DNA from: Candidatus Aldehydirespirator sp. | GTDB lineage: Bacteria; Actinomycetota; Acidimicrobiia; Acidimicrobiales; Aldehydirespiratoraceae | Reading direction: 5' to 3' | NCBI GenBank assembly: GCA_965221215.1 | Contig: OZ244872.1 | Location: forward strand, 3,288,862 to 3,352,861 | DNA: 64,000 bases | Part shown: piece by piece, positions 46,223 through 54,775 of the stretch | Layout of the letters: every line of letters starts with the position of its first letter | Numbering within the stretch: position 1 is the first letter of the stretch | The notes under the pieces: generated by a model | What the model was told of the DNA's origin: nothing | Database searches by the model: none | Seen by the model: only the letters and a program-made list of their open reading frames with translations | Translations under genes and position numbers: made by a program

Positions 46223-48190
46223 CTAAGCCGCCGGCACCGGCGTCGCGGTGCCTTGTTGGAGGGTGATGCCGGACGTGTAGTCGACGATCTCCAGGAACCA
46301 TTCGACGCCGCTGGCGAGGGTGACGCATTGGTGGAAGGTTTTGTCGTTCCCGATGCCCTCGAAGCAGGCACGGGCCTGCCAGGACCAAACCCCCGGCGCC
46401 GGCAGCTCCCAGCGGCAGTCGTCGTAGGAGTGCGCCGACGCCTTGGCCGTCTCGATGCCGCATGAGGCCTTCACGTTCCGGCTGGTGTGGTGCTGTTGGG
46501 CCTGGGTCTGCTGGGCCGCGCTCAGGTTGTCCCAGCGGCGCAGGTAGGTGGCCAAGTCCGCGTCGGGCCGGGCCGAATCGGCGTTTTCGATGGTGGCGCG
46601 GTGCCCCGCACGCCACGGCAGCAGCTGGGTGAGGCGGGTCTCGACGCTGACAACCTCCCACAGGCAGCCGTCGTGGCTGTCGACGTACCAGACTCCCTGT
46701 GGATCGGCTACCGGCCACACCGGCGACCCCGACACCACCAGGTGCTGGGCGCCGCCGGGCACGTTGGGATGCGGTGGCCAGGGTCTCCCCGACTCGCCCT
46801 GCGGCTCGATGCCCACCAGCGTCGCCCACTGCAGCTGCGACACGAGCAGCGAACGCTCACTCGTCGACAGCGACAGACCGGTGGTACACGGCGCTGCATC
46901 CTCGTCCGGGGGGTTGGGATCATCAGGCCTGCGAGGATCGCCCGGTTTGCGAGGGTCGTCCGGTTTGCGGGGATCAGCCGGCTTGCGAGGAGTGGGACCG
47001 TCTTCGTCGTCATCCTCGGGGAGGATCCGAGCCAGGAAGGCGGCGAGCTGCTCGTTGTCCATCGTCGAGTCGGGGTCGGCGTCGGGCCGTGTGTAGGGGT
47101 TGGCCACCCCGTCGCCGTCGCGGTCGTGACCCTTCAGAATCCCCAGATCGGCCAACTCGTCGGCCACCTCGAACGGGTCGTCGTCCGGGTCGAACTCGAT
47201 GCCGAGCCCGGCCGCAATAGCGATCAACATTTGCCCTCGCGTGACAAGTCCCTCGGCCGGCAGGGTTTTCGTGGCCGAGTCCGCGTCGAAGTCGGGGTTG
47301 TGCTCCCCGAAGGCCTTGAGGATCTTCACCAGGTCGACGGCTTCGCTCTCCTCTTCGGGGTCGTAGTCCTCAGGCAAGTAGCCGTTGTCGATGCCGGATT
47401 CGATTTCATCGCACGCCCAGTCGGCGGTGCACCCTTGATCCTCATTGTCCGGGACTTGGGTCGTGGTGGTGGCGGGCGGAGCGGTTGTGGTGGGCGTCGG
47501 ACGTCGAGTGGTGGTAGTGACGGGCCTCCTGGTGGTTGGCACGGGTCGGGCCGTCGTGGTGGGCGGCGGCCGTCGGACAGTTGTGGTGGGCACTGGCCGT
47601 CGGGTGGTGGTGGGTCTTTGGGTTGTTGTTGTGGGGCGTCGGGTCGTGGTTGGTGGCGGTTGAAAGCAGTGGTTGGGTGGGCTGCAGATGGGTGGCCTGG
47701 TGGTAGTCGGCCTCCTGGTGGTGGTTGGTGGCGGTTGAAAGCACTGGTTGGGTGGGCTGCAGATCGGGAGCCGGGTTGTGGTGGGTCGTCGGACAGTTGT
47801 GGTGGGCACCGGCCGTCGGGTGGTGGTGGGTCTTTGGGTTGTTGTCGTGGGGCGTCGGGTCGTGGTTGGTGGCGGTTGAAAGCAGTGGTTGGGTGGGCTG
47901 CAGATGGGTGGCCGGGTGGTGGTCGGGCGTCGGGTCGTGGTTGGTGGCGGTTGAAAGCAGTGGTTGGGTGGGCTGCAGATGGGTGGCCGGGTGGTCGGGG
48001 GCCGCGTGGTGGATGTTCTGTGGGTGTGGCCTCGGAAGAGCGGGTGAGCTGACGCCGACTTGGTGCCCAGGCCCAAGTCGGAGCGCTGGTGGGCAATCAC
48101 CCCGCCCAGCACCAAGGCGGCGGCGAGGGCGATGATCACCAGCGCGTTGCGGCCTGGAGACGGTCGGGACGGTTGTGGCGATGCAAACAT
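46223..48190 (-). CDS. secreted or anchored surface protein: signal/anchor + Pro/Thr-rich CSPPN(H/Q)C repeats + acidic SLH-like/Ca-binding-like segment + Cys/Trp-rich C-terminal domain
   Basis: 655 aa from ATG 48190 (AAGGAG RBS). N-terminal helix ALVIIALAAALVLGGVI. Four copies of PICSPPN(H/Q)CFQPPPTTTRRPTTT. SLH-like motifs VTRGQMLIAIAAGLG and EQLAAFLARIL. DRDGDG. Confidence 0.8.
   Translation of the reverse strand: MFASPQPSRPSPGRNALVIIALAAALVLGGVIAHQRSDLGLGTKSASAHPLFRGHTHRTSTTRPPTTRPPICSPPNHCFQPPPTTTRRPTTTRPPICSPPNHCFQPPPTTTRRPTTTTQRPTTTRRPVPTTTVRRPTTTRLPICSPPNQCFQPPPTTTRRPTTTRPPICSPPNHCFQPPPTTTRRPTTTTQRPTTTRRPVPTTTVRRPPPTTTARPVPTTRRPVTTTTRRPTPTTTAPPATTTTQVPDNEDQGCTADWACDEIESGIDNGYLPEDYDPEEESEAVDLVKILKAFGEHNPDFDADSATKTLPAEGLVTRGQMLIAIAAGLGIEFDPDDDPFEVADELADLGILKGHDRDGDGVANPYTRPDADPDSTMDNEQLAAFLARILPEDDDEDGPTPRKPADPRKPDDPRKPGDPRRPDDPNPPDEDAAPCTTGLSLSTSERSLLVSQLQWATLVGIEPQGESGRPWPPHPNVPGGAQHLVVSGSPVWPVADPQGVWYVDSHDGCLWEVVSVETRLTQLLPWRAGHRATIENADSARPDADLATYLRRWDNLSAAQQTQAQQHHTSRNVKASCGIETAKASAHSYDDCRWELPAPGVWSWQARACFEGIGNDKTFHQCVTLASGVEWFLEIVDYTSGITLQQGTATPVPAA
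47453..48016 (-). repeat. in-frame tandem repeats (75-bp unit nested in a roughly 225-bp duplicated block) encoding the PT/Cys repeats
   Basis: Protein residues 59-246. The block PPICSPPNHCFQPPPTTTRRPTTTR-PPICSPPNHCFQPPPTTTRRPTTTTQRPTTTRRPVPTTTVRRP occurs twice almost identically. Confidence 0.9.
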
Positions 48191-48210
48191 GGCAGCAGCT
48201 CCTTTGAGGG

Positions 48211-49641
48211 TCAGCAGGTGGTGGGGAAGTGCCGTTCGGGGGTGGCGTGGTGGTGCTCCATCCACTCCTCGGCGAGACGGGCTGAGCGCCAGCAGTCCCT
48301 TCTGTCCAGGCCGAAGATGTCTTGCTCGACCCACTCACTCCAGGCGGCGCAATCGTTGCCGAAGCGCTCCGGCTCAATGTGGGGCCACCCGGTTCTGGTC
48401 TCAAGCTCCACGTCGGCGGGAAGCACGGTGCGGCACCGTTCGGCCAGCGTCATGGTGGCCGACAACATCAGGCCGGCATCGTTGGTCCGGCCTGCGGGGG
48501 TATCGGCGACTAGAGGGTCAATGACGGTGGCGCAGTGGTGCCACCCGTGGCGGTTCATGGCGGTGGCGCCCCTGAGCCCGGCGGCGTAGGCGTCGGCACG
48601 GTCCTGGTATTCGTTGAGCACGCACCACGGATGTGCACCCAGGTAGTCCATCGCCCACTTCATCTGGGTGAGCAGCCACCTGCAGTTGCCGCGGGGCTGA
48701 TCGAAGCACCAACTCGTCCAGCGGGCCACATCGCTGGTCCAGCGGGGAATCTCGTCGGGCCTCCCCGAAGCGCAGATGCCTCCTACGCCCTGGTCGGGGT
48801 ACGGGCTGGGACAGCCCGTCAGATCCTGGGGCGTCTCCCACTCTGACGGCGGGTGACAGTCGGAGGGCCACGGCGGACCCGGGTCGCAGATCGGGTAGTC
48901 CCAATAGGGATGTTCACGGGGGATCATTCCCAACTCGGGGGCGGGCGGATGGCCGCCCTCGGGCGCAGGACTCGTCCCCGCCACCGTGACCGGAATCGTG
49001 GTGGTCGCAGGCGGAGCGGTCGTCGTGGGTGGCGGCGGTGTCGTCGTGGTGGTCGTCGTGGTTGTAGTGGCCGGCGGGGCGGTGGTTGCGGGTGGGGCGG
49101 TGGTTGGCGGTGTCGTTGTGGGCGGCGGGCTGGTGGTTGTGGGCGGCGGAGCGGTCGATGTGGCTGGGGCCAAGAAAGTCGGTGTGGTCGCGGCGCTCGT
49201 GTTGTCGGGTGGTGCGTCTTCGTCGCCGGGTACGGAGGCGGAGGCCTCGGTCGTTGCGACTGCTGTCGTGGGAGTGATGGCGCCGATCATTTGCGGGGCC
49301 GGGTCGGCGGGGACCTCGACGTTCTCGGCGGGGAGATCTTCGAACAGCAGCTTGGGCGGCCACTCGATTGCCGGTTCATCGGCTGGCGGGAGGCTCGGAT
49401 CGGTGGCGTCGTTGTCCCGGTCAGCCTCTGCGCCGCTGGGTTCAGGCGGGTCGGAGTCGGCGGTGGCCAAGACCGGCTCGGGGTTGTCGGCGGTCCCACA
49501 GCTGGCCGCGAACACGCCGAGGGCGACCACCAACGTGATCGCCACCCGGAGTGCGCAAGGTCTGGGGATGGTCTTCGAGACTCCGCCAGATGAAGCTGTG
49601 GGGCGGTGGTTGGCAATGGATTCAAAATGACAGAAATGCAT
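48211..49641 (-). CDS. putative lipoprotein with acidic region, poly-Pro/Thr linker and Cys/Trp/His-rich C-terminal domain
   Basis: 476 aa from ATG 49641. Lipobox-like LGVFAASC (Cys48). PT linker at residues 148-217 (48991-49200). C-terminal domain with 10 Cys. The track ORF extends artefactually to 49914. Confidence 0.65.
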   Translation of the reverse strand: MHFCHFESIANHRPTASSGGVSKTIPRPCALRVAITLVVALGVFAASCGTADNPEPVLATADSDPPEPSGAEADRDNDATDPSLPPADEPAIEWPPKLLFEDLPAENVEVPADPAPQMIGAITPTTAVATTEASASVPGDEDAPPDNTSAATTPTFLAPATSTAPPPTTTSPPPTTTPPTTAPPATTAPPATTTTTTTTTTPPPPTTTAPPATTTIPVTVAGTSPAPEGGHPPAPELGMIPREHPYWDYPICDPGPPWPSDCHPPSEWETPQDLTGCPSPYPDQGVGGICASGRPDEIPRWTSDVARWTSWCFDQPRGNCRWLLTQMKWAMDYLGAHPWCVLNEYQDRADAYAAGLRGATAMNRHGWHHCATVIDPLVADTPAGRTNDAGLMLSATMTLAERCRTVLPADVELETRTGWPHIEPERFGNDCAAWSEWVEQDIFGLDRRDCWRSARLAEEWMEHHHATPERHFPTTC

Positions 49642-49648
49642 GGGGGAA

Positions 49649-49677
49649 CACTTAGCGCACTCAAAGGCAATGTGCAA
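49649..49677 (-). promoter_or_regulatory. putative promoter of Tad-like locus 2 (-35 TTGCAC, 17-nt spacer, -10 TAAGTG); would give a leaderless or near-leaderless mRNA
   Basis: On the minus strand the -35 is at 49677-49672 and the -10 at 49654-49649, 7 nt before ATG 49641. It sits in the only AT-rich gap of the region, divergent from hpnC. Confidence 0.35.
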
Positions 49678-49678
49678 C

Positions 49679-49704
49679 TTTTTTGTGATATTTCTTTGAA
49701 AATC
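49679..49704 (-). promoter_or_regulatory. AT-rich box GATTTTCAAAGAAATATCACAAAAAA (minus strand), homologous to 5198-5225
   Basis: See the alignment given for feature 5198-5225. Same position, directly 5' of the -35 element. Confidence 0.4.
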
Positions 49705-49789
49705 AGCGTTGACCTGGGCATTTGAGTCTCTGAACGACCGCCCGGTCGTCGCCGGTGGTAGCTTCGAGCCGGTGGGAGGGGAGCCAGTA

Positions 49790-50671
49790 GTGGACGGCGC
49801 TACGCAAAACGACCCTTCGGAGCACGCCGCCGCTGAGCGCCATGTGGGGCTCGACGCGGTGATGGCCCGGGCATCCTCTGAGAATTTCCCGGTGGCGCTG
49901 CAGCTCCTGCCCACCGCGGTGCGGCAGCACCTGCGGGCCGTCTACGGCTACGCGCGGCTCGTCGACAACCTCGGCGACGAGTACCCCGGCGACCGTCCGG
50001 CCGCCCTGGACTGGGTGGAGGCCCAGATCGACAGCCTGTTCGCAGGAGCCCCCCGCCACGAGGTCTTCGTTCGGCTGGCTCCCACGGTGGCGCGCTTCGG
50101 GCTGGACCGCAGGCCTTTCGACCGGCTTCTGGCCGCCAACCGGCTCGACCAGCACAAGCACCGCTACGCCGACTTCGACGAGCTGATGAAGTACTGCGAG
50201 CTGTCGGCCGACCCCGTCGGCCACCTGGTGCTGGCCGTGTTCGAGGCGGCTACCCCCGAGCGTCTGGCCGCCTCCGACCAGGTCTGCCGCGGCCTGCAGG
50301 TGCTGGAGCACCTCCAAGATGTGGGCGAGGACGCCGCTCAGGGGCGCGTCTACCTCCCCGCCGACGACATGGAGCGCTTCGGCGTGTCCGTCGAAGACCT
50401 CCGCGCTCCGGCGGCGTCGGCGGGCCTGCGAGGTCTGGTGGCCTACGAGGCGGCCCGGGCCCGGACCATGATTGGTGAGGGGCGGGGGCTGGTGGCATCG
50501 CTTCGCGGCCCGGCCCGCCTGGCCGTGGCCGGGTTCGTGGCCGGGGGGCTGGCCGGTCTCGATGCCATCGAGGCGGCCCGCTTCGAGGTGCTGGGCGGCC
50601 TTCGCAAGGCCGGACCGGCCCGAGTGGCGGCCCGCTTCGCAAGTGTGTACCTGGGAGCAGGCAACCCGTGA
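49790..50671 (+). CDS. hpnC: hydroxysqualene synthase (squalene/phytoene synthase family, HpnC-like)
   Basis: ENFPVALQLLP...RAVYGYARLVDNLGDE is an HpnC-type N-terminus. The GTG 49790 start is uncertain (track TTG at 49709; ATG at 49861 also possible). Confidence 0.75.
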   Translation: MDGATQNDPSEHAAAERHVGLDAVMARASSENFPVALQLLPTAVRQHLRAVYGYARLVDNLGDEYPGDRPAALDWVEAQIDSLFAGAPRHEVFVRLAPTVARFGLDRRPFDRLLAANRLDQHKHRYADFDELMKYCELSADPVGHLVLAVFEAATPERLAASDQVCRGLQVLEHLQDVGEDAAQGRVYLPADDMERFGVSVEDLRAPAASAGLRGLVAYEAARARTMIGEGRGLVASLRGPARLAVAGFVAGGLAGLDAIEAARFEVLGGLRKAGPARVAARFASVYLGAGNP

Positions 50672-51576
50672 TCTCGGCCGAGGCTGCCTACCGGTGCTGC
50701 GAGGAGATCACCTGGTCGCAGGCGCGCAACTTCGCCTACGGGATCCGTCTGCTGCCGCCGCCCAAGCGCCGGGCTATGGCTGCGCTCTACGCCATGGCCC
50801 GCCGCATCGACGACGTGGGCGACGGCGACTGGTCCCAGGACCGCAAGCTCGCCGCCCTCGACGAGCTCCACCAGTCCATCGACGCGCTGGCGGCGGGCAA
50901 GATCGCCGATGCCTCGGATCCGGTGCTGGTGGGCTTGGGCCACGCCGCCGACCGCTACCCCATCCCGGTGGCCGCGCTCCACGAGATCGTGGAGGGCAGC
51001 GAACTCGACGTGCGAGGCGCCAGCTACGCCACCATGGACGACACCGTGCGCTACTGCCGGCTGGTGGCCGGCTCGGTGGGCCGGCTGTCGCTGGGCGTGT
51101 TCGGCGCCAAGCCCGCTCGGGCCGTGGCCGCGGGCCCGAACAGCAGCCGAGCCGGCACCGCTGAGGCGGCCCAGTCCCCAGAGGAACTGGCCGACGACCT
51201 CGGCGTGGCCCTCCAGCTCACCAACATGCTGCGAGACATTGTCGAGGACCACCGCATGGGGCGCATCTACCTGCCCGAGCAGGACCGGGACCGCTTCGGG
51301 ATCGTTCCCGGCCAGTGGTCGCCGCCCGAGAACGCCGCCGCGCTGGTGCAGTTCGTGGCCGGTCAGGCGGTGATGTGGTTCGAGCACGGCCTGGTGCTGC
51401 TCGATCACCTCGATCATCGCAGCCGGGCCTGCACTGCAGCCATGGCTGGGATCTACCGGCGGCTGCTGAGCCGCATGCTGGCCCGGCCGGAGACTCCGCT
51501 ACAGGGGCGGGTCAGCCTTGCCGCCCACCAGAAAGCCCTGGTGGCGGCCCGCAGCCTGTCCGGGCTGAGGCCGTGA
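50668..51576 (+). CDS. hpnD: presqualene diphosphate synthase (HpnD-like)
   Basis: AYRCCEEITWSQARNFAYGIRLLPPPKRRAMAALYAMARRIDDVGD, then LQLTNMLRDIVED. It overlaps the hpnC stop. Confidence 0.8.
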   Translation: MISAEAAYRCCEEITWSQARNFAYGIRLLPPPKRRAMAALYAMARRIDDVGDGDWSQDRKLAALDELHQSIDALAAGKIADASDPVLVGLGHAADRYPIPVAALHEIVEGSELDVRGASYATMDDTVRYCRLVAGSVGRLSLGVFGAKPARAVAAGPNSSRAGTAEAAQSPEELADDLGVALQLTNMLRDIVEDHRMGRIYLPEQDRDRFGIVPGQWSPPENAAALVQFVAGQAVMWFEHGLVLLDHLDHRSRACTAAMAGIYRRLLSRMLARPETPLQGRVSLAAHQKALVAARSLSGLRP

Positions 51577-51660
51577 GCCCGCGGATGGTGGTCGGCGGCG
51601 GACAGCCTGGGTTGAGGCGGTGAGTCCTCAGGCCGCGGCCGGTGACGGTTTGGCCGGGCC

Positions 51661-53025
51661 ATGGCCGTGAACGCCGGACCGCGGGTGGTTGTGGTCGGCG
51701 GCGGCTTGGCCGGGCTGTCGGCTGCGGTGGAGGCGGCCGACGGCGGTGCGTCGGTCACCCTGCTCGAGCGTCGCCCCCGCCTCGGCGGCGCCACCTGGTC
51801 ATTCGAACGCAACGGCATCTGGTTCGACAACGGCCAGCACGTATTCATGCGCTGCTGTACCGCCTACCGGGCTTTCCTGGAGCGGATCGGCTCGGCCGAC
51901 GGCGTGTGGATGCAGCGCCGCCTCGACGTTCCCGTGTTGGCGCCGGGCGGTCCGGTCGGGTCTATCAAGCGAACGCCCGGCCCGGCTCCCCTGCACCTGG
52001 CGCCCGCGCTGTTGACCTATCCCCATCTGAGCCTGCGCCAGAGGCTGGCCGTGCTGCGGGCCGGACTGGCGCTGAGGCGGCTCGATCCCGACGACCCGGA
52101 TCTCGACCGCATGGCCTTCGGAGACTGGCTGTCGGCGCACGGCCAGGACGCCGCCGCGGTCGAGACCTTCTGGAACCTGATCGTGCTGCCGACGGTCAAC
52201 GTGGGAGCGGCCGAAGCCTCCCTCAAGCTCGCTGCCCGGGTCTTCGTGACCGGGCTGCTAACCGAGGCCGCCGCGGCCGACATCGGCTGGGCCCGGATGC
52301 CGCTGTCGGCTCTGCACGGCGACGCCGCCCGCCGGGCGTTGGAGGCCGCCGGAGGCGAAGTCCGCCCGCGCCTCGCGGCCACCGCGGTGCGAGCGGGCGC
52401 CGCCGGCCTGGAGGTACACGCCGACGGGCAGGTCATCGCGACCGACTCGGTGGTGGTGGCCGTGCCCCACGACGCGGCAGCCGCACTGCTGCCCACCGGC
52501 ACGGTGGCGGCGCAGGACCGGCTCGTCGAACTGGGCACCTCCCCGATCGTCAACGTCCACCTGGTGTACGACCGCCCGGTCACCGATCGGGCCCTCTTCG
52601 CCACCGTTGGCAGCGACGCCCAGTTCGTGTTCGACCGCACCGCCGGGGCCGGCCTCGACGACGGCCGCCAATGCCTGGCCGTGTCTCTGTCGGCCGCCGA
52701 GTCGTACATCGGCACGGCCTCGGCCGATCTTGTGGCCCACTTCACCGCCGAGTTGGCCCGCCTGTTGCCCGCGGCCGCCACCGCGGTCGTTACCGAGTCG
52801 ATCGTCACCCGCGAGCATTCGGCCACCTTCAATGGCGTGCCCGGCACCGACTCGCTGCGGGCCGGCCCCGAGTGCGGCCTGGCCGGTGTGTACCTGGCCG
52901 GCGCCTGGACCGACACCGGATGGCCGGCCACGATGGAGGGAGCGGTCCGCAGCGGAACCGAGGCCGGCCGGCTCGCGGCCCGCTTCGCATCCCGATCTGC
53001 CACCACCCGAGCGGATCGCGAGTGA
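51661..53025 (+). CDS. hpnE: hydroxysqualene dehydroxylase (FAD-dependent amine-oxidase fold, HpnE-like)
   Basis: Dinucleotide-binding motif VVVVGGGLAGLSAAVEAADGG. Its position after hpnC/hpnD fits. Confidence 0.8.
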   Translation: MAVNAGPRVVVVGGGLAGLSAAVEAADGGASVTLLERRPRLGGATWSFERNGIWFDNGQHVFMRCCTAYRAFLERIGSADGVWMQRRLDVPVLAPGGPVGSIKRTPGPAPLHLAPALLTYPHLSLRQRLAVLRAGLALRRLDPDDPDLDRMAFGDWLSAHGQDAAAVETFWNLIVLPTVNVGAAEASLKLAARVFVTGLLTEAAAADIGWARMPLSALHGDAARRALEAAGGEVRPRLAATAVRAGAAGLEVHADGQVIATDSVVVAVPHDAAAALLPTGTVAAQDRLVELGTSPIVNVHLVYDRPVTDRALFATVGSDAQFVFDRTAGAGLDDGRQCLAVSLSAAESYIGTASADLVAHFTAELARLLPAAATAVVTESIVTREHSATFNGVPGTDSLRAGPECGLAGVYLAGAWTDTGWPATMEGAVRSGTEAGRLAARFASRSATTRADRE

Positions 53026-53113
53026 GAGCGCGAGAGGGGCCGTGGCACCTCGCGCCGGATCAGGCTGTCGCCGGTGCGAGATATGACCGAAGTCACCGGC
53101 TAAGGTTCGCGCC

Positions 53114-53728
53114 ATGACTCCCCAGCACGGTCAATCTTCGGGAGGCGGCTCGGCAGGGCGGGCCATCGTGCTAGTGGTCGTGGCGGTTGCGCTGGGCGTG
53201 TTCTTGCTGTCGCGCGGCTTCGACGACCCCGACGACACCACCGATGCCTCCCCCAGCGGAACGGCTGAAGCGACGACCAGCGGCGACTCCGACGACGACG
53301 TCCAGGCCAACGGCACGACGTCCACCACAACCAGCTCTACCACTTCCACGACAGCGCCGCCGGTGGTCACCCATCCCCCCGGCGAGGTCAAGGTGGCCGT
53401 GATGAACGGCACCGGCGCCCGCGGCCGGGCCGGCCGCACCGCCGACAGGCTCAACGCCGCAGGGTTCGTGACCGCAGCCAAGAACACTCAGCAGGACAGG
53501 GTCGAGGCCTCGGTCATCTACTACCGGTCCGAGTATGGCGACGATGCCAAGGCAGTGGCGTCTGTGCTGGGCGCGCCCCCCGACATCATCACGCCCGCTC
53601 CGGCCACGATCATGACCCTGATCAGGAACCCGGAGTCGCCGGAGGGCTTGGAGGACTTCAACATCTTTGCGGTGGTCGGCACCGACAACGTGATCCTCGA
53701 CCCCGATCCACCCGCCGACTCCGAATAG
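53114..53728 (+). CDS. LytR_C-domain membrane protein
   Basis: N-terminal TM. Ser/Thr-rich linker. VKVAVMNGTGARGRAGRTADRLNAAGF is the LytR C-terminal domain. Confidence 0.8.
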   Translation: MTPQHGQSSGGGSAGRAIVLVVVAVALGVFLLSRGFDDPDDTTDASPSGTAEATTSGDSDDDVQANGTTSTTTSSTTSTTAPPVVTHPPGEVKVAVMNGTGARGRAGRTADRLNAAGFVTAAKNTQQDRVEASVIYYRSEYGDDAKAVASVLGAPPDIITPAPATIMTLIRNPESPEGLEDFNIFAVVGTDNVILDPDPPADSE

Positions 53729-53767
53729 CCCCCGGCTGACCGCACACCCGGCCTCGGTGCCGCGAGA

Positions 53768-54748
53768 ATGTCGGATGTGCGCGTGCTGGCAGCGCCCGAC
53801 AAGTTCCGGGGCACGGCCTCGGCCCAGGAGATAGCCGAGGCCATAGCCGCCGTCTCGGCCTCCTGTGATCGGGCACCCATGGCCGACGGCGGCGAGGGAA
53901 CCCTCGACGCGCTGGGCGGCCCCAACCGGTCGTCGGTGGTGACCGGGCCGCTGGGCGAGCCGGTTGCCGCATCCTGGCGCCTCAGCCGCGGCGTGGCCGT
54001 CATCGAGATGGCCCTCGCCTCGGGCCTGTCCGCAGCCGGGGGTGCGGCGGGCAACGACCCCGTCAACGCCACCACCGCGGGCACCGGCGAGCTGATCGGC
54101 GAGGCGGTCGCCGCGGGGGCGAGGCGGGTGCTGGTGGCGGTGGGCGGATCGGCCACCACTGACGGCGGTCTCGGCGCGGTGGAGGCGATGCCGTCTCCGG
54201 CCCGGATGACGGGGGTGGAGGTGATCGTGGCCTGCGACGTGCGCACCGCCTTCGTGGACGCGGCCCGCGTCTACGGTCCCCAGAAGGGGGCCTCACCCGC
54301 CCAGGTCGAGCTGCTGAGCAGGCGCCTGCAGAGGCTGGCCCAGATCTACGAGCGCGACTTCGGGGTGGACGTGGCGCCGCTGGTCGGCGGCGGAGCGGCC
54401 GGGGGCCTCGCCGGCGGTCTCGCGGCCCGGGGCGCCAGCCTGGTCAACGGCTTCGAGGTGGTCGCCGAAGAGATCGGGCTGGTCGAGCGGATCCTGGATG
54501 CCACCGTCGTCGTCACCGGCGAGGGCCGCTACGACGCAACGTCGCTGCAGGGAAAGGTGGTCGGGGGTGTGGCCGAGATCGCGGCCCGGTCCGGAACCCG
54601 GGCGCTGGCCGTGGTCGGCAGTGCGGACGACGGCGCCGGAGTGCCCGACGGCTTGGAGCTTCTCGACCTGACTGCCCGGTTCGGACCCCAGCGAGCCCAC
54701 GCCGACCCCTGCGGATGTGTGAGAGAGGCCCTCGCCGACGCCCTCTAG
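53768..54748 (+). CDS. glycerate kinase
   Basis: Motifs VLAAPDKFRGTASAQEIAEAI and PMADGGEGTLDAL. Confidence 0.85.
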   Translation: MSDVRVLAAPDKFRGTASAQEIAEAIAAVSASCDRAPMADGGEGTLDALGGPNRSSVVTGPLGEPVAASWRLSRGVAVIEMALASGLSAAGGAAGNDPVNATTAGTGELIGEAVAAGARRVLVAVGGSATTDGGLGAVEAMPSPARMTGVEVIVACDVRTAFVDAARVYGPQKGASPAQVELLSRRLQRLAQIYERDFGVDVAPLVGGGAAGGLAGGLAARGASLVNGFEVVAEEIGLVERILDATVVVTGEGRYDATSLQGKVVGGVAEIAARSGTRALAVVGSADDGAGVPDGLELLDLTARFGPQRAHADPCGCVREALADAL

Positions 54749-54775
54749 AGCGTGCGGGGGCAGGTGCGGGAGTAG

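Noticed and set aside
47453-48016. Possible CRISPR or non-coding tandem repeat
   Set aside because: The repeats are in-frame within a long ORF with a good RBS and signal/anchor, and they encode coherent PT/Cys peptide repeats.
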